A stretch of 64,000 nucleotides of DNA, from NCBI GenBank assembly GCA_964016885.1, contig OZ024761.1:17918001-17982000 (forward strand), read 5' to 3'. Source of the DNA: Eledone cirrhosa (taxonomy: Eukaryota). Every line of letters starts with the position of its first letter. Position 1 is the stretch's first letter. A program made the position numbers and the translations under genes. Under the pieces are notes generated by a model that searched no databases, was not told the origin of the DNA, and saw only the letters and a list, made by a program, of their open reading frames with translations. Shown here one piece after another: positions 27,001 to 40,000 of this stretch.

Positions 27001-29151
27001 ACTGTGCTGCCACTCAGCTTAAAGGGATCCCTGACAAAATATTGTTTCAAGAGTCCAGCAAATTGATGGTGCTTATGGAGTTGCTTGGCTACCTCGTGGC
27101 CACCAAACACAAATGTGTTGTCTTCTCCCAATCTGTGAAGATGTTTGACATCATTCAGAAAATTTTGAATAATTTGGTGAGACCTTTATATAGAAATATA
27201 AAATATACATACATAATATACATAAATATATAAATTTAAATATAAAATATACCATAACACACATACATATATAATATATATGATACATATATAATATATA
27301 TATATATGTATACATATATATAACATACATAATGCATATATAATATATATAACATACACAATAATGGTTTTCTGCACTCTGAGTTCAAATCCAGACGAGG
27401 TCAACTTTGCCTTTCATCCATTCGAGGTCGATAAAAGAAGTACCAGTTACATACTCGGGGTCGATTCTTCCTCTATATCTGTTTCTCACTCTCTCTCTTT
27501 CCTTCCTTCCTTGGGAGAAATCTGCTATATTTAAGCCTGGAAAGCAAATGGTCTCTGCCAGGTTTTAAAAAAAACCCCCTAGAAAACACTGTGTCAATAT
27601 GGCCCCATTACGACTCCTTCAGGAGTTACGAGACCTCTCTTCTCTAACAAGTTATATATCATCATCATCTTCGTTTAACGTCCATTTTCCACGCTAGCAT
27701 GGGTGAGACGGGAGTTGTCCCACTTGAGGCAAGGTTGGTCGGGTGACCGTGTCTCGTTCATATAGGACTATCTGGCAGGTTTTCTACGGCTGGATGCCCT
27801 TCCTTACGCCAACCACATTTACAGTGTGGCACTGGGAACTTTTTACCATGTTACCTACACGGCCACATTACAGCGTGGACTGTGTGTTTTTTGTCGTGAC
27901 ACCTACACGATCTCGATCTCATTAATTTGGACTGGATGTTGTGGTACCAACTTTTTATAGAGAGAGGGTGGTGTTGGTGGGAGTGGGAGTATAGGGTAAG
28001 GGTAGTGGATTGGGGTGTATATTTGGTTAAGAGGTGCCTACTGACTAGGTTTCACTTTGTACACATATTTATACATCATGTTTTTTTTGTAGAATTTGAA
28101 ATATGTCCGAATGGACGGCAAAGTAATAAAACTGGAAGAGAGAGCCAGATTAATCAGGAAATTTGAAACTGATGACAGTATTTTTATATTTCTATTGACT
28201 ACACAGGTAAGTTGTGTTGTAGTTGAGAGTGAGTCTATAACAGTGTATTGAGAGCCGTGTGTCAGTGTGTTTCTAGAACTTTGTATGGGGGTGTATGTAG
28301 CCGTGTCCCTATGTGTTTATAGCTGTGTGTCTGTCTATATGTGTCTATAGCTGTGTCTATCTATAGGTGTGTCTGTGTGTGTGTGTGTGTCTATATCTGT
28401 CTATAGCTATGTGTGTATATGTGACTGTCTGTAGCTGTGTACATGTTTAACCATGTGTGTTTGGAGATGTAGTGTACTTCTGTGCTTAACTTAATATATG
28501 GTATTCCTACAACACACCACCACTATCAATACCCCCACCACCACCACAACACTATCAATACCCCCACCACCACCACAACACTATCAATACCCCCACCACC
28601 ACAACACTATCAATACCCCCACCACCACCACAACACTATCAATACCACCACCACCATAACACTATCCACACATTACCACCACCACCACCACACTCTATTA
28701 TACTATGTTCTATTAATTTTAATATATTTATTCTATAAACAGGTCGGAGGAGTTGGTCTCAATCTGACTGCAGCTGACCGAATAATTATTGGTATACACT
28801 TTAATTAAACATTGCAATTTTATGTGTGTGTGTGTGTATATATATATATATGTATGTATGTATGTGTGTGTGTGTATATATATATATTCAGGCCGAAATA
28901 AATGAGGTCGTGTAGGTGTCACGAAAAAAAAAACACAGTCCACGCTGTAATGTGGCCGTGTAGGTAACGGTAAAAACCTCCCAGCCCCACACTGTAAACG
29001 TGGTTGGTGTTAGGAAGGGCATCCAGCCGTAGAAAACCTGCCAGACAGCAGACAGTCCTATACGAGCAAGACAACCAATCTTGCCTCAAGTGGGAAAACT
29101 CCCGTCCAAACCCATGCAAGCGTGGAAGATGGACGTTAAACGATGATGATG

Positions 29152-29189
<38 letters not shown>

Positions 29190-30058
29190 TTTAATATAAT
29201 GTATATATTGTATATATGTGTATTGTTATACTTTGGGAGGGTCATGCTGCCAATAAAAACACAGCTCCCAAAAAAAAAACAAGATGGTGTAGGACAGAAC
29301 AAAGGGGAAACACAAAATAATTAGTCACATCCAGTTATTAAACTGACTGTGAGTCTAAAATAAATTGAAGTGAAAATCAACAGGTCCTTGTGTTTTTATT
29401 GGCAGCATGACCCTCCCAAAGTATAACAATATCTAAGAAATCTTGCAAAACAAATACAAAAATAAATTTATATATATATACATATACATATGTATCAGGA
29501 TGATGATGATGATCATCATCGTTTTAATGTCTACTTTCCCTGTTAGCAAGGGTTGGACGGATACATATAGACCAAGTCAGTACTGAAGTGGAGCCACTTA
29601 TCTCCCAAAAAGGCCAGGGACCTGTGCGCTTATGTACGGTCTCATGTTCCATTAAGTGCTCAGGAGAGGTTGTCATGCCTTTGACATAACTGAGAGTGCA
29701 CCCAACTCTTTGTTTGGCAAGATTTCTAGGGCTGCATGCCCAACCACTTTGGGAAGGGCATGTATATAAACAAGAGGGGAGAAAGACACTTCAGTTTGTG
29801 TGAAAGACACGACAACTTGATTGATCATGGTAGATTGATATATTGACTAGTGGGTTGAGGTTATGTCTCTACCTATTTCTAGATCCATCACATCATCATC
29901 ATTGTTTAACGTCCACTTTCCACGCTAGCATGGGTTAGATGGGTTGTCCCATTTGAAGCAAATTGGGTCAGGTGACTGTCTTGCTCATATAGAACTGTTT
30001 CTGGCTAGATTTCTACAGCTGGATGCTCTTCCTAACACCAACCACACTGACAGTGTGG

Positions 30059-30115
<57 letters not shown>

Positions 30116-32739
30116 GGAAAAATATTGTTTACATATGAAAAATATTTATTGTGTAGCGACCTGTTTCGCAGAGGATTGGTTCTAGGTGACCCATAGGAGC
30201 CTCTTGTGTATATAATCATCATCGCTTAATGTTCATTTCCCATGCTAGCATGGGTTTATATATATCATCATCATCATCAACGTTTAACGTCCATGTTCCA
30301 CGCTTGCATGGGTTTGGACGGGGGTATTCCCACTTGAGGCAAGAGTGATTGTCTTGCTCGCATAGGACTGTCTGGCAGGTTTTCTATAGTTGGATGCCCT
30401 TCCTAACACCAACCACATTTACAGTGTATATATATATTTATATATAGGAAAAGAGTCAGGACCCCGACGGTTGAGCTTCGGCCATTTCGACAACTAGATC
30501 CAAACTGTATATACATATATACACACACACATACATATATATATATACACAGACACACGCACACGAGTATTTGTATGTGTATGTACACCTGTATCTGCAC
30601 GCATGTATGTTGATTTTTTTTTTCCCAATGAAAATCTTGTCTCAGTGTTTCACCCTAACTTTCAGTCGATCCAAGCTGGAACCCGGCCATAGACAGCCAG
30701 GCGGTGGACAGAGTCTACCGTATTGGTCAAACCAAAAATGTGATTATCTTCCGGCTAATGACATGTGGCTCTGTTGAAGAGAAAGTTTATATACGCCAGT
30801 TATTTAAGGAGTCAATCAATCGACAGACGACCAAAGAATCCAAAGATCCTTTCAGGTAATCCAGAGAAGATTTCACTCACCACCGTCATTATCATTATCA
30901 CCATCACCAACACCAACACCACTATCATTATCACCACCACTTCCGCCATCATCACAACTGCCACTAACATCACCATCACCACTAGCATCACCATCATCAT
31001 CACCACCACCACCACCAACACTATCGTCACCATCATCACCACCAACACTATCGTCACCACCACCACTATCACCACCACCACCAACACTATCGTCACCATC
31101 ACCACTTGCCACCAACACTATCGTCACCATCATCACCACCAACACTATCGTCACCACCACCACTATCACCACCACCACCAACACTATCGTCACCATCACC
31201 ACTCGCCACCAACACTATCGTCACCATCATCACCACCAACACTATCGTCACCATCATCACCACCAACACTATCATCACCATCAACACTATCATCACCATC
31301 ACCACCGTCTAATGCCTGCCACTTTGCAGAGTGTACTGGGTGCACTTTATCGTGACACCAACACTAGAAAGGTTAGTCTGTCTTTGTAGTAGATTTTATA
31401 TTTTATATTTTATATATTTTGATTTATTATTTGAATGTTTTTCTGCAAAAAAAATATTTAACCTTGACTAACTCTATTTTGTTAGATATTTCACTAAACA
31501 AGACTTGAAACAGTTGTTCATTGTGGAGAACCTGGACTGGTCTGAGACTCAGCAACAACTCCATGCTATGTATGCTGGCAAGAGAAAATCTGATGAGTTT
31601 CTGGATCAACATATCGCATTCATTGAATCGCTTGACTGTAAGTAGCAACATAGCCTGTCTTTTAGACTTGCCCTTCCGATCACCAACCACATTACAGGGT
31701 GTACTGGGTGCATCTATCATATAGGTCACCACCACTAGAGACTTGCCCTTCCTATCACCAACATTACAGAGTGTACTGGGTGCATCCATCATATGATCAC
31801 CAACACTAGAGACTTGCCCTTCCTATCACCAACATTACAGAGTGTACTGGGTGCATCTATCATATAGGTCACCACCACTAGAGACTTGCCTTTCCTATCA
31901 CCAACATTACAGAGTGTACTGGGTGCATCTATCATATGATCACCAACACTAGAGACTTGCCCTTCCTATCACCAACATTACAGAGTGTACTGGGTGCATC
32001 TATCATATAGGTCACCACCACTAGAGACTTGCCTTTCCTATCACCAACATTACAGAGTGTACTGGGTGCATCTATCATATGATCACCAACACTAGAGACT
32101 TGCCCTTCCTATCACCAACATTACAGAGTGTACTGGGTGCATCTATCATATAGGTCACCACCACTAGAGACTTGCCCTTCCTATCACCAACATTACAGAG
32201 TGTACTGGGTGCATCTATCATATAGGTCACCACCACTAGAGACTTGCCCTTCCTATCACCAACCACATTACAGAGTGTACTGGGTGCATCTATCATATAG
32301 ATCTGGTATGTCAAAAATGTGGCCCGCACAAATGTTTTTACAGCACAAGCGTAATATAAAATAAAATATATTAGTTGTAATGTGCGCAAATAGTTGTCAT
32401 GTGTGACCCTCAGTTTGACATGTCTGATATAGATCACCAACACTAGAGAGGTTGTGGTGACCGACACAAAGTATCCCCTTAACCTTTATTTATTTTTTTT
32501 GGAACAGTTTCTACAGTGGGATGCCCTTACTTTTGCCAACTACTGTACAGTGTACTGGGTGTATTTTTCATGGCTCCACACCTACTTGTTTGTTCTATAG
32601 TGTTTAAATATTATGTTGTTGTTGTTGTTGCAGATGTATTTGGTATCAGTGACCATGATCTCGTGTTTTCGAAAGATGACGATGACCAAGAGGCCACACA
32701 ATCAAATCCCAGAGTAGAGACAATAGTAAGTATGCCTAC

Positions 32740-32778
<39 letters not shown>

Positions 32779-34017
32779 GATGTATATGTATAACAATCAA
32801 TTTGGCAAAATAGTTTGTGTTGAATAATCGTCAAGTCTATGTTGTAAGTTCAAATCCTGTATATTTGGGTCTACTTTGTATTTAATCCTTTCAGGGTTGA
32901 TAAAGAAAGTCCCAGCTCAGTGCTTAAGCAATTCCCTCTCTTCTTCCAACAATCATGTCTCATTGGATCAAAGGAGAGATAATTGAGAGAATGTTTGTGT
33001 CAATTTGTGACTGCATGAACACATAAACCTTTCAGGAAAATCGAGTATATACAACTAAGTCCTAAGTCATACTCGATTACAAGTGATAGTTGTAGTCCTA
33101 TATATATATCATCATCATTTAACGGCTATCTTCCACGCTAGCATGGGTTAGACGGGAGTTGTCCCACTTGAGGCAAAATTGGTTGGTCGGGTGACCATGT
33201 CTTCCTCGTATAGGACTATCTGGCAGGTTTTCTACGGCTGGATGCCCTTCCTAACACCAACCACATTTACAGTGTAGAACTGGGAACTTTTTACCGTGTT
33301 ACCTACATGGCCACATTACAGCGTGGACTGTGTTTTTTTGTCGTGACATACGATCTCGATCTCATTTTCTCATTAATTTGGACTGGATGTTGTGGTACCA
33401 ACTTTACAGAGAGAGGGTGGTGTTGGTGGGAGTAGGAGTAGTGGATTGGGGTGTATATTTGGTTGAGAGGTGCCTACTGACTGTAGGTTTCGCTTTGTAC
33501 ATAGGCAAGGCGGGTCTTCTGTATTACTGCATGGCACCAAAGATCTCGGTCCAGTGACATTGTCTTAGAGAGGTGCAAGTGTGTTACGTCGGAATTATAT
33601 ATAATTTATGATGCGTGTGTGTATGACATGGTCACCTGACCTAGCATTGTTCACAACAGGATAGCTTGTCTAAACCATGCCAGCGTGGAAAAATGGACAT
33701 TAAACAGTGATGATGATGATATATATGTATATATAAATGTGGTTGGTGTTAGTAAGGGCATCCAACATTTGTAAAATCCCAGCCAAAACACTGACCTGCT
33801 ATGAGCAAGGTATGGCGCGGCCAACTGACCAGACTTCCTTCGTAACAAGACTATCCAGCTCCCAAAATACAGTTCCGCTATGGGGAGGGTATGGCATGGC
33901 CTCGTGGCCAGGCTTGTCTCATAATGTGGACTTCCCATCTAATCCATGCAAGCATGGAAAAAATAGACATTAAATGGTGATCATGATATATGTATGTATG
34001 GTAGACATTAAATGGTG

Positions 34018-34058
<41 letters not shown>

Positions 34059-37000
34059 TATTTCCTTGAGCAAGACACTTTATTTCACATTGCTCCAGTT
34101 TACTCAGCTGGAGAAATTAGATGATAGGGACCGCGGTCCCTATCATTCCACTGCCAAGTGGTCGTGGAGGTGCCACGGCAAAACAAAGCCCCCAGCCCAC
34201 ACTGTAAATGAGGTTGGTGTTAGGAAGGGCATCCAGTTGTAGAAATCAAACCAGAATCACTTCCCGTCCCACCCTTGCAAGCAGGGAAAAGCGGACATGA
34301 TGATGAATTTATGATGAATGTATGTATGTATGTATGTATGTTTGTTTACTGTGTAATACTGCCTATTGGCTACTACTGGACTTAACAACTATTGTCCACT
34401 CCTGTCTTCCAGGTGGTCAGAGCTGAAGAGGCAATTCGGTCTGAAGTGAACAGCACAGGCAGAGATATCAACGTGAAGCAGTGGTCATCTGTTCCTACTG
34501 CCACTGCTGGTCAAACACAGATGAGAGACCCCAGCATTGTCGTCCAACCTTTGCTGCAGCCTTATAGTGGACAGGCTCCTACCCTCAGTACAATGCAAAA
34601 AACTGACCATACTCGAGCCACCAACACCAGTATGTGTCCATTTACTTTGTCTTCACTCTTCCTCCTCCTCCCCCTTTTCCACATTTCACCATGTCTTTCT
34701 TCCTCTCTTCCTACCCTCTCCTTCCTCCCTCCAACACTTCACCATGTCTTTCTTCCTCTCTTCCTACCCTCTCCCTCCTCCCTCCAACACTTCACCATGT
34801 CTTTCTTCCTCTCCTCTCTTCCTCCCTCCAACACTTCAACATGTCTTTCTTCCTCTCTTCCTACCCTCTCCTCCCTCTCTCCAACACTTCATGTCTTTCT
34901 ACCTCTCTTCCTACTCTTTCTCCTTTATTCTCCCCCCCCCCCATTTATCCCCTCTTTCTAATCTCTCTCTCTCTCATTTATCTCCTTCTTGCTCTATCTC
35001 TTTCCTTAGTTTGTCTCTTTACCCCTCCCTCTATTCTCTAGTTCACCTCCTTACCCCCTCTCCCTCTATTCTCAAGTTTGTCTCTTTACCCCCCCTTCTA
35101 TTCTCTAGTTCACCTCTTTACTCCCCCCTCTATTCTCTAGTTTGTCTCTTTACCCCTCTTCCCTCTCCCTAACCTCTCTAGCGAGTTATCCAACAGTTGC
35201 TCTACAAGTTCAAAATTTCTGCAGAGAATCCCTGGCTTTTGTTAATTAAAAAAAAATTTTTTTAAATATTTATTTTGAATTTGTAATCTTTTCCATCCAC
35301 AGATAATGATGATGGTGATGATGATATTTTAATCATCAGTGATTCAGAGCAATTGCCATCTAAAAGTCCAGGCACTAACAACAACAACAACAGCAGCAGT
35401 AGCAGCAACAGCAGTAGTAGCAGCAACAGCAGTTGTACTGAGCGAAGGACAACCCCGTCTGCTACAGTCACCAATAATTCAAGGACAAATAATAACAGTG
35501 TCCACAGTCTCGGAACAGCTGATGACCCTATCTCAGTTGATGACAGTTTCTCTGAATATATAATACCATCGACACCGCCAACACAACCAGCTACCGAAAC
35601 TGTAAGTCTAAAGAGATCTACTTAATCTACCGTATTTCCTAGCATCGAGGACACTACCTTTTTCCTAAAATAAGTCTCAAAAATCTACCATGCATCCTGG
35701 AGGCCGAAGGTTGTTTATTATTATTATTTTTAATTTTTTTTAATTTTTGGTTGTCAAAATTAAGGTGTGTCCTCGAGTACAAAAGATCTTTGGCACTGGG
35801 AAATACGGTATATATTGAGATCGAACCCACATCACTGACATTTCATTGGTTATTATTTTCCTTTCATTCAGAGATAAATAAAATAATGTACTGGAGTTGA
35901 TTTAATCAACTTTCGACTCCCCCAAAATTGCTAGCCTTATGCCTAAATCAGAAACCATTATTATTATGCATCAGACATGTTTTGCGGCATATAGGTACGT
36001 CCCTTTTCGTTTTCAGATCAAATCCTGCTGCGGTTAACTTTGCCTTTTGTCTTTATGGGGTCGATAGAATAAAGTACCAGTAATTATTGTGAATAACTTT
36101 AAATATTTTTGGTGTTTGTTATATTTACTAGCTGTCCCCATGCCGTCAACAATAACAGCTAATTGTAACATCTATACATAATATAAAAAGAGAGATGTTT
36201 GTTGGTTGGTTCCTTCGTCCTCACTCACACATGTGATACAAACATACAAATACACAGCTGTGACAAATCTTAGAACGCTGAACTTCTATAGTTTCTCACT
36301 GCCCTCCTTCCTCAGTCATCACATAGATGTGTGTGTATGTAATAGTTAATTTTTTCTAAGTGTGTCTGTTTATATATGTGTTTGTAATTCTATTTATGTA
36401 TCTTTCTAAATAAACACATATACACTGAGACAAATATATATAAATATAATTTATGCAAACACATAATCATAACAGCCAATTCGCTATACATATAGACACA
36501 CACAGGCGTAGCGAATATTAGATGCTGTCACCCCTTCCTTCCTCAGTCACCTCTAGTTTGTGAAGGACAAATACACAAGCGTATTATATATTAGTTGATA
36601 TTTTATGTAATTTTTTTTTCTCTTACAGAAATTCTTCCCTGATTTCAGTAAAGACCATATTGGTGAAAAAGAAGCTCTGAACAATGGTTCCTCTGGTCAC
36701 AAATCTTCCAAATCCGACTTTAAAGTCTCTCCTCCGTATTCCACTAGCCATAGTCACTACACGTCAATATGCACCAAGAGCAGTAACATAACAACTAAAA
36801 GCCCCTTCAGTGCAGATTGTGCCTCCAAGACTCCTGGTGATGATGATAATGTTAATGCAGCAGACTCTATGTGGTTTGTTGCAGACTCTGATGATGATGC
36901 TGATGATGATTATGGCAGTGGTCGTAGTCATGGTAGTAGTAGTAGTGGTGGTAATGGTGGTAGTAGAGACACTGCTGCCAAGATGAGTCACTCTTTTAAA

Positions 37001-40000
37001 TCGAAGCCGGCCCAGGATGTTTGTGTAGCTGAATCAGAGTCGGAATCAGAATCGTCCGACAGGGTAGGGGGCATAATGGACCCCTTTGCAGACGTCAGCA
37101 ACATGTCGACAAGGTCCCAGAACAACATCAGTGGCAACAACAACAACAACAACAGCAAGAATATCCGTTCGCCATTTATTGAAAACAGGTCAATGGTGGT
37201 GCCGAGCAGCTCGCCAAGAGCCGGGAAGACAAAAGATGAGGAGGGAGAGGAGAACGAGAAGGACGGCAGAGAGCAGAAGATGGAAAATGAAACCGAGGCT
37301 GTTGGTGACGGTCCCTTTGAAGCTCCGAAGGGACGGCACTCTGATCATGACCAAAGCCAGAACACGGAAGAAGAAGACAACCAGATTAACAACAGTGTAA
37401 TCAGCATTGCCAAATGTCGCTCTGCAAAACGTGTGATTGTAAGTTCTTCAGAAGAGGATTCTAACTCCAGTGATGATGATGATGATGGAAATAAGAAAAC
37501 CACCACCAACGCCACCCCTAATAAAAACAATGCACCCCCATCAGTGGAAGCAGCAGCAATAACAGCATCATTATCAGATAATGACAGCCTTATGATGCCT
37601 ATGAAAAAGTCAAAAACCTGTCGAAAGAGAATCCTCTCTTCATCTGAGTCAGATTCCAGTACAGATGTTGAGATGGAAGGGGTAGATGATGTACCCACTG
37701 TCCAGGAAATGCTGAACATTTCTGCCAACCCAAACGAGCAGCTCATCTTCTCCGCCCGAACACCTCCTGCTAAAATTCGGAGGTCTCGGATGTTCAGCCG
37801 GCCCGAAACAATGGTAGGGGGCACCTCCGAGCTCAGCAGTGCAGGGCAAGAAGGGCTCTCTCCGGTGATCGGGAATGGCAGCCGAGTGACTTCTTCACCT
37901 GGACAGATCTCTGTTGGGGCCAGCGAGGTGGGGGATAAAGATGGATGGGTGGAAGACCACAAAAATGAGGAAAGCAGTGAAGAGGAGGAGGAGAAGAAGG
38001 AAGCCAGCAATGATGAGGCAAGTAGTGAGGAAGAGGAGAAGAAGGAAGCCAGCAATGATGAGGCAAGTAGTGAGGAAGAGGAGAAGAAGGAAGCCAGCAA
38101 TGATGAGGCAAGTAGTGAGGAAGAGGAAAGTAGTGAGGAAGAGGAAAGTAGTGAGGAAGAGGAAAGTAGTGAGGAGGAGGAAAGTAGTGAGGAAGAGGAA
38201 AGTAGTGACGATGAGGATGAAGATAGTGAAGAAGGTCTGATGGGTGAGTATCATCATCATCATCATCATCATCATTTCATTTTACGTCCGCTTTTTCCCT
38301 GCTTGCAAGGGTGGGACGGGAACTGGTCCTGGCTTGATTTCTACAGCTGGATGCCCTTCCTAACACCAACCTCATTTACAGTGAGTGGTGGGTCCTTTTT
38401 TTCCGTGGCACCTCCACGACCACTCTGCAGTGGAATGATAGGGACCCCAGTCCCTATCATCTCATTTCTACAGCTGAGTAAACTGGAGCAATGTGAAATA
38501 AAGTGTCTTGCTCAAGGAAACAACACACCACCCGGTCTGAGAATTGAACTCACAACCTTTCGATTGCAAGGCCAATGCTCTAACCACTAAGCCATGTGCC
38601 TCCATGAGTATGTTTACTATAAATCAAGGGAGGTGGGCGGGAGAAGTTAGTCAACTGCTGGTTGTCTCATTACAATGTCACTGATGTCTGTGTTTTATAT
38701 TGGTTAATTTGAATCAATTATTGAAATAGTTGTTTATTTATACAATAGTGAGAGATGGAGGCAATGACAGCAGGAGTTTAGCTCCTCTGTGTTCAGACCT
38801 GGGGTACGTGTATGTGTATGTTTACCATTGGCAGTATCGATAGAGGGTTGGATTCCATGTTGCATTGCAGTATGTAGTTATGGCCCTTTACGTTCTGTTT
38901 TCAAATCCCACCAAAGTTAACTTTGCCTTTCATCCTTATGGGGTTAATAAAATAAAGTACCAGTAATGCACTGGCTAATTGCTGGCCTTGTGTCAAAAGA
39001 AACAATTGTTATATTAAAGTATTTGTTAATACCGGGATACTATTTTATACAATTATCCTCCAAGAATAGCTCTAACTGATTTTTAAATCAACATTCTTTT
39101 CAATTTTATAAATGCATGACTTGTAAAGAACATAATTTCAGCTGAAAACATCACCATTTGATGTGTATTTCAATATCAATTATTTCTTTCATTTATAGCT
39201 TATATCCAGCAGAGCAATAATACTTGTGCGAATTAGTTTTATTAATGCTTCTGTAGACTTTATGCTCGAACTAATTGTTACATATTTACAGGAACTGTTA
39301 GATAAAATTAAATAATGTTTTATTAACCCTTTAGCATTTAAACAGGGCTATATCTGGCCAGAATTCTTTCTATCTCTTTCTCAAACTGGCCATAATCGGC
39401 CACTCATACTGACATTAACCCTTTAACATTTAAACCAGTCATATCCGGTCAGAATTCTCTTAGCTCTTTCTGTTCAAAGTGGTTGTAACTGACCGCTCAT
39501 ACTGATCTTAAGGTATTCTTCTCAAAATAGATAATATCAAAATCTCATAGATTCCATATTATGTGAGATAAAGCCTTTACCTTGCAAAAACAATAGTAAA
39601 TATAGAGTAATGCAAATGCTTAAGGGTTAAGGTATTGTTCTCAAAATAAATAACATCATCATCAAAATCTCATAGATTCCATATATGAGATAAAGCCTTT
39701 ACCATTAAAATATAATAGTAATGTAAATGCTAAAGGGTTAATAACTTCCCGATATGTCATTCAATGGTTGGATGATGTTGGTTCTTTATGCATAGATTCG
39801 TTAAAGAATTTAACATTTGCAATACCGACATGGATGTCTTTGTAACATCTGCAGTACTGGCACCTATGTGTATGTAGGATGTGTGTGTGTGTAACTGACA
39901 TTTGCAGTACTATCACATACTATGTTGGATGTCTGTAGTGGTGGTGAGGAGGAGGACGATGATCTGTTGAATATATATATGAAAATATATTATTGTGTTG

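Noticed and set aside
30765-31355. Thr/His/Pro-rich mucin- or extensin-like ORFs (also 34537-35172 Leu/Ser/Pro-rich)
   Set aside because: Intronic trinucleotide and pyrimidine-rich repeats lying between validated ERCC6L exons
31664-32302. CRISPR-like array
   Set aside because: Units are contiguous with no unique spacers, no cas genes are present, and the context is a eukaryotic intron
37345-38275. Minus-strand and alternative-frame ORFs over ERCC6L exon 18
   Set aside because: Shadows of a low-complexity coding repeat
38244-38590. Poly-His and C-terminal part of the 573-aa ORF
   Set aside because: Read-through past the GTGAGT donor into an antisense SINE; the same peptide recurs at 45476, 50971 and 62363
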